DNA of 64,000 nucleotides from an uncultured Actinomycetes bacterium (lineage in GTDB: Bacteria; Actinomycetota; Acidimicrobiia; Acidimicrobiales; RAAP-2), in NCBI GenBank assembly GCA_903893745.1, contig CAITNF010000006.1, positions 34,995-98,994 on the forward strand, written 5' to 3'. The notes under the pieces are model-generated. The model saw nothing but the letters and a program-made list of their open reading frames with translations. It made no database searches and was not told where the DNA came from. A program made the position numbers and the translations under genes. Numbering within the stretch: the stretch's first letter is position 1; each line of letters starts with the position of its first letter. Shown here in pieces: positions 47,566 to 57,911 of the stretch.

Positions 47566-48966
47566 CTAACCGATTGAGCCTTCCATCTGCAGTTCAATCA
47601 GGCGCGACCATTCAACGGCGTATTCCATGGGCAGCGTTCGCGTAACCGGCTCAATGAAACCATTTACGATCATGCCCATTGCCTGCACCTCGGTAAGTCC
47701 GCGACTCATGAGGTAGAACAGCTGATCGTCACCAATCTTTGAAACGGTGGCTTCGTGGCCAATTGAGGCGTCTTGTTCGCCCACTTCCATATAGGGCTTC
47801 GTCTCTGAAATTGACTGCTCGTCGAGCAGCAGCGCGTCACAGCGCACGAAGCTCTTCGCCCCGGTCGCACCTTCTTCAACTTTGACCAAACCGCGGTAGG
47901 TCGTTTGACCGCCGTCTTTCGAAATGGACTTGGAAATGATTGTTGACGTGGTCTCGGGGGCGCAGTGAACCATCTTGGCTCCAGCATCTTGAATCTGCCC
48001 CGGTCCGGCGTACGCCACCGATAGAACTTCGCCAGAGGCCTTCGGTCCCATCAAGTACACCGAGGGGTACTTCATGGTCAACCGTGAACCAATATTGCCG
48101 TCAATCCATTCGACGTGTGCTTCGGCTTCAGCCCTCGCCCGCTTCGTGACCAAGTTATAGACATTGTTAGACCAGTTTTGAATTGTCGTGTAAGTAATAC
48201 GCGAACCCGGAAGCGCTACCAGTTCCACTACTGCGGAGTGGAGTGAGTCCGTCGAATAGACCGGCGCTGAGCAACCCTCGACGTAGTGCACCTGACTACC
48301 CTCGTCGGCAATAATTAGCGTTCGCTCAAATTGCCCCATATTTTCCGTGTTGATTCGAAAGTAGGCCTGAAGTGGCTGATCAACATTCACGCCGGGCGGA
48401 ACGTAGATGAATGATCCCCCACTCCACACGGCTGAATTCAGTGCGGCAAATTTATTGTCATTGGGTGGAATGACGGTGCCGAAGTATTTGCGAACCAAGT
48501 CGGGATATTCGCGTACGGCGGTATCCATGTCACAAAAGAGGACACCCAAGCGTTCTAGATCTTCGCGATTTCGGTGAAAGACGACTTCGGACTCGTATTG
48601 AGCCGTAACGCCAGCGAGGTACTTACGTTCCGCTTCAGGAATACCCAGTCGCTCATAAGTGTTCTTGATGGCGTCGGGCAGGTCTTCCCAACTATTGACC
48701 TGATTTTCGGTCGGCTTGATGTAGTAGTAAATGTCATTGAAGTCAAGATCGGGCATGCGGTCGGCAAACCAAGGAAGCATGGGCTTCTTCTCAAACCGCT
48801 TCAAAGCGTTCAGTCGGAAATCGAGCATCCACGATGCCTCGTTCTTAATACCGGACATTTCGCGCACAATTGCTTCGTTAATACCTTTTTTGGGTTTGAA
48901 TATCGGAATTTGCTCGTCCGACCAGCCCAGTTGGTACCGGCTGAAGTCCAGATTGTCAACTGTCAT
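47566..48966 (-). CDS. sufB: Fe-S assembly protein SufB
   Basis: [34 protein letters not shown]. Confidence 0.96.
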   Translation of the reverse strand: MTVDNLDFSRYQLGWSDEQIPIFKPKKGINEAIVREMSGIKNEASWMLDFRLNALKRFEKKPMLPWFADRMPDLDFNDIYYYIKPTENQVNSWEDLPDAIKNTYERLGIPEAERKYLAGVTAQYESEVVFHRNREDLERLGVLFCDMDTAVREYPDLVRKYFGTVIPPNDNKFAALNSAVWSGGSFIYVPPGVNVDQPLQAYFRINTENMGQFERTLIIADEGSQVHYVEGCSAPVYSTDSLHSAVVELVALPGSRITYTTIQNWSNNVYNLVTKRARAEAEAHVEWIDGNIGSRLTMKYPSVYLMGPKASGEVLSVAYAGPGQIQDAGAKMVHCAPETTSTIISKSISKDGGQTTYRGLVKVEEGATGAKSFVRCDALLLDEQSISETKPYMEVGEQDASIGHEATVSKIGDDQLFYLMSRGLTEVQAMGMIVNGFIEPVTRTLPMEYAVEWSRLIELQMEGSIG

Positions 48967-49048
48967 ATCGCTCCCTTGGAATTAACCCTACGGCCATAGT
49001 AGTAACCCGGGCGACTCTCCGTGCGTCAAATACTGGCAGAGTAGAGCG

Positions 49049-51214
49049 GTGACTACCCCACCTACCGTTCCCCAGCGTCCTCACGAGATCACTCGCCATG
49101 GCGATACCCGCATCGACCCCTACTACTGGCTGATGAATCGGGACAGCGAAGAGGTTCTGGCCCATCTTCGTGCGGAAAATGACTTCTTCGCCCACGAGCT
49201 CGCCCCGCTCACCCCGCTGCAAGATGAACTGTTCGAGGAAATCAAGAGTCGAATTGAAGAGACCGATATTTCGGTACCGGTTCGCCGCAAAGACTGGTGG
49301 TATTTCGAGCGAACTCGAGAAGGCCTCAACTACTCGATTAGCTGTCGAGCGCCAGCCAGTAATGAGGATCTCACACCACCTACCGTTGACCCGACAACGT
49401 CGCTACCGGGTGAGCAGGTCATTCTTGATGAGAATCTCGAGGCCGGTGAAAGTGATTTTCTCTCGGTCGGCATTTTGGCCGTTAGTCCTGATGACCGTTG
49501 GGTCGCGGTGGGCACTGACTTTGAAGGAAATGAACGTCACGGCGTGACCGTTCGACCGCTGGCGGGACAAGACGCACTCCCCGACGAACTGCATGACGTT
49601 TACTACGGATTTGCCTGGGCGGCGGACAGTCGGCATTTCTTCTACACCCGCGTTGACGAATCAATGCGGCCCTGGCAACTCTGGCGCCACGAAATTGGAA
49701 CGGCCAACTCTGACGATGTACTGGTCATTCAAGAAGACGATGAGCAGTACACCGTTTCCATTGGGCGAAGTCGTGATGATGCGGTGCTACTGGCCCTGAC
49801 TGGGTCGTCAATGACGACTGAAGTGCGATACCTCGCAGCGAACGACCCAACTGGTTCGTTCGAAATTCTCGAACCGCGGCGCCACGGCATTGAGTATGGC
49901 GTTGAACACTTCACCGATGGGGCGGGGCGAACATGGTGGCTGAAGGTAACCAATGAAGAAGCGACGGACTTTCGCCTTCTCGCACGTCCAGTTGCTGGCG
50001 TCGAGTGGCGCGAAATCATTCCGGAGCGACCCGGTAGCCGACTCGATGGTGTGGACGCTTTTGCCTCCTTCTTAGTCATCAGTGAACGCCACAATGGCTG
50101 TGCCGCGGTTCGCATTGCCCCCATGAAGTCGGGTGACGATCCCTTTGGCAATGATCTTCTTGGGCGGTCACGTCTCGTTGAGGGTGGAACCAGTCCAGCC
50201 ACTGTGGCCGTATCATCCAACGCGACCTACGACACTCCCCACATTCGTGTGATCATGACGTCCCTGGTAACACCACGGCTGGTTGGTGATGTGGTGGTCG
50301 CCACGGGTGAACTTTTAGTTCGTAAGCAACAGCAGGTTCTGGGTGGGTACGACGAAGCTAACTACGTAACCGGACGACTCTGGATTCCCGCTAGCGATGG
50401 TCAACAGATCCCCGTCTCAGTGGTGGCGCGTCGCGATTTGGTCACCCGTCAACCCGATGGATCGCTCGCTCCAGTAGCCCCCGCCCCCTTCTTGCTCTAC
50501 GGATACGGAAGTTACGAGATCTCCATTGATCCGGGGTTTTCCTCCCTGCGGCTCTCACTACTTGATCGCGGTGTCATCTTCGCCATTGCCCATGTTCGTG
50601 GCGGCGGGGAGATGGGTCGATCGTGGTACGAGATGGGTCGTCTGGCCCAAAAACCTACGACCTTCAGCGACTTCGTGACCGTGGCCTCTTCGCTCGTAGC
50701 GAACGGCTGGACGGCGCCCGAAATGCTCGCGGCCCGTGGCGGCTCAGCGGGGGGACTCTTAATGGGCGCGGTGATGAATCTGGCGCCAGAACTCTTTCGC
50801 TGCGTGATTGCCGAAGTCCCCTTCGTGGACGCCCTCACCACCATGCTCGACGCTTCACTGCCACTGACCGTTGGCGAATGGGAAGAGTGGGGCAATCCGG
50901 ACGAGAGCGAAACTGCCTATCGAATCATGAAGGGCTACAGCCCTTACGACAATGTTCGCGAACTTAATAACGACCAATCACCTCGGATCTACCCGCATCT
51001 GCTCGCGCTAGGTGGCCTGAATGACACGCGAGTCGGTTTCTGGGAGCCCGTCAAGTGGGTACTGCGTCTACGCGATGCCAATGTGGCGAACGTTGCCTAC
51101 CTCAAGACCGAAATGGGCGCAGGCCACGGTGGTCCCTCGGGACGGTACGACTCGTGGCGAGATGAGGCTCAAGTCATTGCGTTTCTACTTAACGAGATCA
51201 ACCCAACGAAGTAG
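49049..51214 (+). CDS. ptrB: Oligopeptidase B (S9A)
   Basis: DPYYWL, GGSAGG, DTRV, AGHGG. Confidence 0.93.
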   Translation: MTTPPTVPQRPHEITRHGDTRIDPYYWLMNRDSEEVLAHLRAENDFFAHELAPLTPLQDELFEEIKSRIEETDISVPVRRKDWWYFERTREGLNYSISCRAPASNEDLTPPTVDPTTSLPGEQVILDENLEAGESDFLSVGILAVSPDDRWVAVGTDFEGNERHGVTVRPLAGQDALPDELHDVYYGFAWAADSRHFFYTRVDESMRPWQLWRHEIGTANSDDVLVIQEDDEQYTVSIGRSRDDAVLLALTGSSMTTEVRYLAANDPTGSFEILEPRRHGIEYGVEHFTDGAGRTWWLKVTNEEATDFRLLARPVAGVEWREIIPERPGSRLDGVDAFASFLVISERHNGCAAVRIAPMKSGDDPFGNDLLGRSRLVEGGTSPATVAVSSNATYDTPHIRVIMTSLVTPRLVGDVVVATGELLVRKQQQVLGGYDEANYVTGRLWIPASDGQQIPVSVVARRDLVTRQPDGSLAPVAPAPFLLYGYGSYEISIDPGFSSLRLSLLDRGVIFAIAHVRGGGEMGRSWYEMGRLAQKPTTFSDFVTVASSLVANGWTAPEMLAARGGSAGGLLMGAVMNLAPELFRCVIAEVPFVDALTTMLDASLPLTVGEWEEWGNPDESETAYRIMKGYSPYDNVRELNNDQSPRIYPHLLALGGLNDTRVGFWEPVKWVLRLRDANVANVAYLKTEMGAGHGGPSGRYDSWRDEAQVIAFLLNEINPTK

Positions 51215-52031
51215 AGGGGACAAAGTTCAAGGTAAGTGTTGGCACTTTCTTGGACGGTAGAACTACCGGCGTTCCATTCAACAACACTGCAGCATTTGAA
51301 GGTGTCGAGAGTGAGAGTGTCGAAAAACCTTTCATGGCAAAGGTTCGGTGTTCTCCCAGTTTGATGATCCCGTGCCACTTCACCGATCCCGCACGCGAAC
51401 TCTCGTCTACAACTAATGGTCCACCAGAACCGTTCACAATCACGTTAAAACTCGTACGCGGCACGTCATAAAGAACTACGTCACCACTGACTGAGGTTGG
51501 CTGAAATGATGCCGGCCACGTGGTCGACGTAACTGGCAAAGTAGTAGAAGTTGTCGTGGTCAACGTAGTCACCGTCACTGAAGCACGATGGTGCTCAATC
51601 AGATATCCCAAGCCCACCAACACGGCAAGAAACACGACGGCTAGTGCAACCACCACCACTTTGGGCATGGAAAATCGCGATCGATGCCGGGAACGCTCAA
51701 GTGCCCAGCCAGAGTTGTGACGTGGCACGATGACCGGTGCGCCGTCACTAGCCCCGTGAGAATCCACCTCATTAAAAACGTAGTGACGATTGGCATCGAG
51801 ACGTGGTCGAGCTGGGGGCGTTGACTGTAGTGAAGGTTGGTCAGTTCCGTGTAACAATCGGAAACCCTTCGCCGGTTCGTACGGCGACGATGGCGGCAAC
51901 AGTTTTCGCGCATCGATAGGTCGAGCATGGAGATGATTTCGGAAACGACGGACTTTGCGCATTCGCAGCATGAGCACCGCCAGAGAAAGCGTGACCACCA
52001 GCACCAAGACGATGAGCAGGGTCACGTTCAC
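51198..52031 (-). CDS. Hypothetical membrane protein, two TM segments, Thr-rich linker and beta-rich C-terminal domain
   Basis: Hydrophobic N-terminus and VVVVALAVVFLAVLVGLGYL; C-terminus loosely RodZ/DUF4115-like. Confidence 0.65.
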   Translation of the reverse strand: MNVTLLIVLVLVVTLSLAVLMLRMRKVRRFRNHLHARPIDARKLLPPSSPYEPAKGFRLLHGTDQPSLQSTPPARPRLDANRHYVFNEVDSHGASDGAPVIVPRHNSGWALERSRHRSRFSMPKVVVVALAVVFLAVLVGLGYLIEHHRASVTVTTLTTTTSTTLPVTSTTWPASFQPTSVSGDVVLYDVPRTSFNVIVNGSGGPLVVDESSRAGSVKWHGIIKLGEHRTFAMKGFSTLSLSTPSNAAVLLNGTPVVLPSKKVPTLTLNFVPSTSLG

Positions 52032-52103
52032 CGAGCCACCCCTATGGTGCGCGGTGGCAACTCTACGATTCTCATTTGACGAATCGTAGTGAAATGACGA
52101 ACC

Positions 52104-52577
52104 CTAGGTGAACTTGGAAAATGTGCCTCGGTAGTACAAGAGCGGTCGGCCGGGATGGGCAGTCGCGTGGGTTGCGCCCACGATGACAATGTCGTGGTCG
52201 CCGTGTGTTGAAACGTCGATAATTTCCCCCTCAAAATGCGCGAGCGCCCCCTCCAGCAGTGGACTGCCTCCAGGTCCTAGCGTCCATGAAACTCCAGCAA
52301 ATTTGTCGATTCCACTGGTGGCAAAGGTTCGAGCGACATCCTCTTGGTCCTCGGCCAATACGCTCACGCCGAGGCAACCGGCACTTCGAACTAGGGGCCA
52401 CGACGCGCTACTGGTATTCACACTGAACGAGATGAGAGTCGGTGACAGAGAGTGCGAACTAAACGATTGGCAGGTGAAACCAACGGGACCATCTGGCGTC
52501 ATTGCGCTCACTACCGTTACTCCCGTTGCAAAATGACCAGCAACCTCTCGAAAATGTTGTTCGCTAAAGTTACTCAC
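52104..52577 (-). CDS. Flavin reductase family protein
   Basis: FATGVTVV, GFTCQSF, GDHDIVI, PLLYYRG. Confidence 0.9.
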   Translation of the reverse strand: MSNFSEQHFREVAGHFATGVTVVSAMTPDGPVGFTCQSFSSHSLSPTLISFSVNTSSASWPLVRSAGCLGVSVLAEDQEDVARTFATSGIDKFAGVSWTLGPGGSPLLEGALAHFEGEIIDVSTHGDHDIVIVGATHATAHPGRPLLYYRGTFSKFT

Positions 52578-52615
52578 CAAGTCAACACTAATGGTCTGGT
52601 CTCAGTAACGTGAAT

Positions 52616-53491
52616 ATGATGACCACCATTTCACTAACACTTGACGACGTTGAATTGCAATGCCTGGTGACCGGCCCCGAGGACGGACCGCTGGCAGTCT
52701 GTCTTCACGGATTCCCTGATACACCGCATACCTTTCGATTTCTCGCTCCGCATCTCGCCGCGAGAGGCTACCGGGTCGTCGCACCATGGATGCGTGGCTA
52801 CGCACCATCTTCGGTTTCACGCAGCAATAACTATCAAGTAGCGGCGCTCGCGAGCGACGCCAATCAAATCCACGAACGATTCGGTGGTGACGATCGCGCG
52901 TTGCTCATCGGACACGATTGGGGCGCGGCTGGGACCTACCTCGCTCTGGGTGGTGAACCCACACGGTGGTCTCGAGCAGTGACCATGGCGGTGCCACCGC
53001 TCGCAGCCATGGGTCAAGCTTTCTTGTCAGTCGACCAACTTAAGGCGAGTTGGTACATGTTCTTCTTTCAAAGCCCCCTCGCCGAGATGGTCTTTGACCT
53101 CGATAATCTTTCGCTCGCCAATCGGTTGTGGCGCGAGTGGTCACCCAACTACGACCCATCCGCGGACCTTGAACATGTTCGCTTGGCGTTGGCGAATCCG
53201 AGTAATCAGCGCGCCGCTCTGGGTTACTACCGAGCCATGTTTGACCAAACTGCTCTCGACCCCGCAACCGAACATCTGCAGGCGAGCGCTTTTGCGGTGC
53301 CGTCGGTGCGCACCCTCTACTTACACGGTGCGCAAGATGGGTGCGTTCACGCCGACAGTCTTGGTGACCCACTCCAGTTCCTCGCTCCGGGTTCGACCTC
53401 ACGTATTCTTGCCAACGCGGGTCACTTTCTGCACCTTGAACAGCCTGGCGAGGTCCACCGAATCATTGATGAGTTTTTGGCGTCTGCGTAA
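52616..53491 (+). CDS. Alpha/beta hydrolase (epoxide hydrolase-like)
   Basis: LHGFP, RGY, GHDWGA, GHFLH. Confidence 0.9.
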   Translation: MMTTISLTLDDVELQCLVTGPEDGPLAVCLHGFPDTPHTFRFLAPHLAARGYRVVAPWMRGYAPSSVSRSNNYQVAALASDANQIHERFGGDDRALLIGHDWGAAGTYLALGGEPTRWSRAVTMAVPPLAAMGQAFLSVDQLKASWYMFFFQSPLAEMVFDLDNLSLANRLWREWSPNYDPSADLEHVRLALANPSNQRAALGYYRAMFDQTALDPATEHLQASAFAVPSVRTLYLHGAQDGCVHADSLGDPLQFLAPGSTSRILANAGHFLHLEQPGEVHRIIDEFLASA

Positions 53492-53514
53492 CGCGGCTCA
53501 AAACGTTGGAGGTT

Positions 53515-54366
53515 TTAATGTCCACCGTAGAGTTCAGATCGCCGGAGCCCTAAAACATTAATTTGACGACGCCGTTGTGCGACTTCATCCAAGTCAATTG
53601 TGGCGACGAGTAGATCCTCTCCTGGTGTAGTTGACTCCGCGAGTACGGTTCCCCACGGATCAATAATCATGGAGTGTCCGTGAGTGGCGAGTCCCTCATT
53701 CGACGCGCCAGCGCGCGCCGCCGCGATCACAAAGACGTGGTTCTCAATCGCTCTCGCCCGCAGCAGCGTCGACCAATGTGCGGGACCAGTTACCGCAGAG
53801 AAGGCCGCCGGTACCGCCAACACGTTCGCACCCTCGATCGCGAGATGGCGGTACAGCTCTGGAAATCTCAAGTCAAAACAGATTGAGAGACCAAGCTGCA
53901 AGGTGCCAAGGTCAGCCACCACCAGTGTTTCGCCCGCAGCAATCGCGTCGGACTCCTTGAAGGCGACCTCGCCGGGAACGTCAATGTCAAAGAGGTGCAC
54001 TTTGCGGTAAGTCGCTACCAGTTCACCCGTCGGCCCGATAACCACCGACGTATTAAAGAATTGGTTCGTCTGTGTCGAATGCTCGAGGACACTACCCAAA
54101 TGCAGGGTGATTTCAAGACTCCGCGCGAGTTCGCCGAGCAGGTTGGTCAAGGGGCCCGGAACTGATTCACCGGCTTGGGCGAATCGAGCTGGCGAACCAT
54201 AAAAGGTGCAGTATTCGGGGAATTGGACGTACGAGGCACCCGCGGCAGCTGCATCAGTAGCCAGGCGCGTGATCGCCGCAAGGTTCGCCGCGGTATCAAT
54301 GCTCGACGTCATCTGCGCGGCGGCGACAGTGATGGATCTTTTGATGTCTGCACCTCTATTGGTCAT
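53515..54366 (-). CDS. Carbon-nitrogen hydrolase (Nit family)
   Basis: FPE, YRKVHLFD, ICFDLRFPE, HWSTLLRARAIEN. Confidence 0.92.
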   Translation of the reverse strand: MTNRGADIKRSITVAAAQMTSSIDTAANLAAITRLATDAAAAGASYVQFPEYCTFYGSPARFAQAGESVPGPLTNLLGELARSLEITLHLGSVLEHSTQTNQFFNTSVVIGPTGELVATYRKVHLFDIDVPGEVAFKESDAIAAGETLVVADLGTLQLGLSICFDLRFPELYRHLAIEGANVLAVPAAFSAVTGPAHWSTLLRARAIENHVFVIAAARAGASNEGLATHGHSMIIDPWGTVLAESTTPGEDLLVATIDLDEVAQRRRQINVLGLRRSELYGGH

Positions 54367-54404
54367 CAACTCAACCTACCTGAGCCTTCTCGCTCAATGC
54401 TCGT

Positions 54405-55286
54405 TTACGATTCAGCGAGTCGAAAGCGAGAACCTTTTCGCTCGACTAAGCCATCGCTCAGTAGTCCCGCGATAACCGAATCATTTCGCATTCCATCTTC
54501 GGATTCAAGGAGTTGGTGGAGTTCACGTTTGGTTCGTGGCGCGTCGCGCAGCGCGGCGAGCGCTCGGCCGCGCAGCTGTCGATCAGATCCCTGGAAGCGA
54601 CTTTGTGGTCGCGACACCGCCGCGCTCGTTGGTGCGGGGTCACGGCCTCCGTCACGGTGCCACCGACAAGATTGAGCCACCGGACATTCGACACACTGGG
54701 GTTTGGCTCGACAGAACTGCGCGCCCAAATCGAGCATCGCTTGATTGAACTCGGCCACGTGATCGCGCGGCAGCACTTCGTACGCCAGGGCCCGGGCTTC
54801 GGTTCGGCTGAGCGAGCGATTAGCCAGTGCGCGAGCGAGTACTCGTCCCACGTTGGTATCGAGTACGGCAACTCGCTCACCAAACGAGAAGGAGGCTACG
54901 GCGTGGGCGGTGTACTCGCCAACCCCCGGCAGTAGTCGAAGCTGCGCCGCGTTGTGCGGCACGACTCCATTGAATTGGTCGCGGATGACCCGCGCCGCAT
55001 CGTGGAGGGCGCGAGCACGACGGTGATAACCAAGGCCCGCCCAGGCCCGCAGTACCGCAGCGAGCGGCGCGTCGGCGCAGGCCTGAGGTGTTGGAAAAGC
55101 CGTTAAAAATCGTTGCCAGGGCTCCTCGACTCGTGAGGTCTGCGTCTGTTGCAACATGACTTCGCTGACCAGCACCGCCCAGGGATCGCGATGACCTACC
55201 CACGGAAGAGGTCGACCAATTGAAGTGGCACAACGACGAAGCGCGCGTCGGAACGGCGCGTAGTCGTTACCCCCAGACGTCGTCAC
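54405..55286 (-). CDS. mutY: A/G-specific adenine glycosylase
   Basis: VSEVMLQQT, LPGVGEYTA, C-x6-C-x2-C-x5-C Fe-S motif; start uncertain. Confidence 0.9.
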   Translation of the reverse strand: MTTSGGNDYAPFRRALRRCATSIGRPLPWVGHRDPWAVLVSEVMLQQTQTSRVEEPWQRFLTAFPTPQACADAPLAAVLRAWAGLGYHRRARALHDAARVIRDQFNGVVPHNAAQLRLLPGVGEYTAHAVASFSFGERVAVLDTNVGRVLARALANRSLSRTEARALAYEVLPRDHVAEFNQAMLDLGAQFCRAKPQCVECPVAQSCRWHRDGGRDPAPTSAAVSRPQSRFQGSDRQLRGRALAALRDAPRTKRELHQLLESEDGMRNDSVIAGLLSDGLVERKGSRFRLAES

Positions 55287-55779
55287 CGTAAGGGCGGCGC
55301 CGAGCTGGAGCAAAATCTCGCTTCCAAACCATTACCTTGCGACGGAAGTAACAGACTTCAAGTCCCTCTTGATTAAAACCCTTCGTTTCGACTGTCACAA
55401 TTCCACGATCATTTTTCGACGATGAAGGAACCGTCGCGAGCACTCGCGTCTCGGCGTAGATGGTGTCGCCGTGGAATGTCGGATGGCGGTGGAGAAGTGA
55501 CTCAATTTCTAGATTGGCGATGGCCGCTCCCGACACGTCGGGCACACTCATACCCAGCACGAGTGAGTACACGAGATTGCCCACCACCACGTTCTTACCC
55601 TGCACGGATTCATGTTCGGCGAACCACGCGTTGGTGTGCAAGGGGTGATGGTTCATCGTAATCATGCAGAACAGATGATCATCGGCTTCAGTGATGGTCT
55701 TGCCGGGCCAGTGACGATACACATCACCTGGCACGAAATCTTCGAGGTATCGTCCAAAGGATCGGTCAAAAGTTGTCAT
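55267..55779 (-). CDS. MaoC-like dehydratase, probable mesaconyl-CoA hydratase (actinobacterial type)
   Basis: HWPGKTITEADDHLFC..MNHHPLH..GMSVPDVSG..IANL; context with mcd- and mcl-like genes. Confidence 0.82.
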   Translation of the reverse strand: MTTFDRSFGRYLEDFVPGDVYRHWPGKTITEADDHLFCMITMNHHPLHTNAWFAEHESVQGKNVVVGNLVYSLVLGMSVPDVSGAAIANLEIESLLHRHPTFHGDTIYAETRVLATVPSSSKNDRGIVTVETKGFNQEGLEVCYFRRKVMVWKRDFAPARRRPYGDDVWG

Positions 55780-55813
55780 ACCGTATTCTGCCTCGCTTGA
55801 GTTCGTCGTTAAT

Positions 55814-56248
55814 TCAGTCGTCGACCGATACTGCCGGTCGGGTAGAAAACGAAACAAGTCCGCCCGGCAACGTCTCGCCGTCAACCACCATGCGCCACGT
55901 GAAGCGTGCACCGGGTTGCAGCGGGATGGGTCCGAAGTTCACTGCGATAGGTACATCGACTGGTGTGCCCATCGGTACTCCCGACGGTTCAGTAGCGGAG
56001 AAATCACCTCGCACCTCGATGGTCTGTTGGCCTTCGGGAGTGTCAATTTGCACGAGCTGACCATCGGCGTCTTCTAAGAAGAGCTCCCAGTGGTGCGTCG
56101 CATTGAATTCGTGCCAATCAACACCAACCTTGATAGCTACCGCGGAAGGGGTGGGATCAGGTCCAGTGACCGACCACCCACCGCCGAGGATGTACAGCTT
56201 GCCGTCGGCTACTTGGGCCGAATCTGCCAGGAGCATTGTTACGTTCAC
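55814..56248 (-). CDS. Hypothetical beta-rich protein (DUF6941-like)
   Basis: MLLADSAQVADGKLYILGGGW N-terminus; start from TAGGCT-N6-GTG. Confidence 0.7.
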   Translation of the reverse strand: MNVTMLLADSAQVADGKLYILGGGWSVTGPDPTPSAVAIKVGVDWHEFNATHHWELFLEDADGQLVQIDTPEGQQTIEVRGDFSATEPSGVPMGTPVDVPIAVNFGPIPLQPGARFTWRMVVDGETLPGGLVSFSTRPAVSVDD

Positions 56249-56301
56249 GAACCCAGCCTAGGTCCGTCATCGGGGGGCGCTCGAACCGGTAGTTTTTTCA
56301 T

Positions 56302-57909
56302 GTGACAAATACCCTCACCCTCCCCAATGCCCTTCATCTCGTTGACGAGGCGCAAAAGATTATTGATAGCGCGGTCCAGCAATTGAAACTGCGAGGAGGT
56401 CCTGACGCTGAGCAGTCGCTGGCCTACGACGTTGCCCACGCCGCCAGTGCACTCGCGACCGCGCGAGCATCACTGAGTTACGGAGAGAAGGGGGCGACGG
56501 AACTTTCTCTCGCTCTGGCATTTTTCGGGCTCACGCTGGCCGAATTAGCGGGTCGAGTGCTTGGTCGCGAGGACCTCTGGGGTTGCTCGAGTGACTGGTT
56601 CAGTCCGTTCGCTGACTTTGTCACCGCGACAAGGGCGCCATCGTTTCTCGCGTCACTCGCCGAGACACCCGGTGATCGTCACCTCGGCGAAGAGTTCCAA
56701 ATGGTCGCTGACGTCTTTCACCGATTCGCCATCGATCAAGTTCGCCCTCACGCCGAGCACGTACACCGAACCAACGGTGATATCCCCGATTCCATAATCC
56801 AGGGACTCAATGAACTTGGCGGTTTCGGTCTTTCGGTGCCCGAAGAGTACGGTGGCTTCGCCACGGGTGGTGAAACGGAGTATCTCGGAATGGTGGTGGC
56901 GACCGAGGAACTCTCCTGGGGCGGTCTCGGAATCGGGGGCTCGCTCATCACGCGCCCCGAAATCTTGACCCGAGCTCTCCTCAGTGGTGGTACACCGGCC
57001 CAAAAGGAACGTTGGCTGCCTCGCCTGGCTACCGCTGACGCCCTCGCGGCAATTGCGGTGACCGAACCCGACTTCGGTAGTGACGTTGCGGGAATCAAAA
57101 CGACCGCCACCAAAACGAACGGTGGATGGCTCATCAACGGAGCTAAAACGTGGTGCACCTTTGGCGCACGCGCGGACGTGCTCGTCTTGCTCGCTCGGAC
57201 TGATCCCGACATGAGCAAAGCGCACCGCGGCCTTTCACTCTTTCTCGTAGAGAAGAGTCCAGGCGACAGTCACGGATTCCTCTTCACGCAAGACGCTGGC
57301 GGCGAGGGTCGCGCCGACGCCAACGGCCGTCTCGAAGGGCGTCCCATTGACACGCTCGGTTACCGAGGTATGCACTCGTACGAACTGAGTTTTGATAACT
57401 GGTTCATCCCGGATGACAACTTGGTCGGTGGCGAAGAGGGCCTGGGCAAGGGCTTCTACTATCAAATGGCCGGATTCGAGAATGGCCGCATTCAAACTGC
57501 GGCACGAGCCGTTGGCCTTATGCAGGCGGCGTACGAAGCGGCACTCGACTATGCGCGCAACCGCGTGGTCTTCGGCGAGCCAATCATCAACTACGAACTC
57601 ACTCGTGTCAAGCTCGGCACCATGGCCGCAATTATCCAGTCGGCCCGTCAATTCTCGCTCGACGTTGCGCGCCTCATGGGTGAAGGCGGCGGAACCATGG
57701 AGGCGTCGATGGCGAAGGCTTACGTCTGTCGGGCGGCCGAGTGGGTAACTCGTGAAGCACTACAGATTCACGGTGGGATGGGCTACGCCGAAGAGTATCC
57801 CGTGAGTCGCTACTTCGTTGACGCCCGGGTGCTCTCAATCTTTGAGGGTGCCGACGAGACGCTCTGTCTGAAAGTTGTCAGCCGGCGGCTCGTTGACCAG
57901 AGTAACTAG
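56302..57909 (+). CDS. mcd: Acyl-CoA dehydrogenase with N-terminal extension, probable methylsuccinyl-CoA dehydrogenase
   Basis: 535 aa; SLITRPEI, TLGYRGMHSYEL, FENGRIQTAARAVG resemble Mcd as I recall it. Confidence 0.75.
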   Translation: MTNTLTLPNALHLVDEAQKIIDSAVQQLKLRGGPDAEQSLAYDVAHAASALATARASLSYGEKGATELSLALAFFGLTLAELAGRVLGREDLWGCSSDWFSPFADFVTATRAPSFLASLAETPGDRHLGEEFQMVADVFHRFAIDQVRPHAEHVHRTNGDIPDSIIQGLNELGGFGLSVPEEYGGFATGGETEYLGMVVATEELSWGGLGIGGSLITRPEILTRALLSGGTPAQKERWLPRLATADALAAIAVTEPDFGSDVAGIKTTATKTNGGWLINGAKTWCTFGARADVLVLLARTDPDMSKAHRGLSLFLVEKSPGDSHGFLFTQDAGGEGRADANGRLEGRPIDTLGYRGMHSYELSFDNWFIPDDNLVGGEEGLGKGFYYQMAGFENGRIQTAARAVGLMQAAYEAALDYARNRVVFGEPIINYELTRVKLGTMAAIIQSARQFSLDVARLMGEGGGTMEASMAKAYVCRAAEWVTREALQIHGGMGYAEEYPVSRYFVDARVLSIFEGADETLCLKVVSRRLVDQSN

Positions 57910-57911
57910 TC

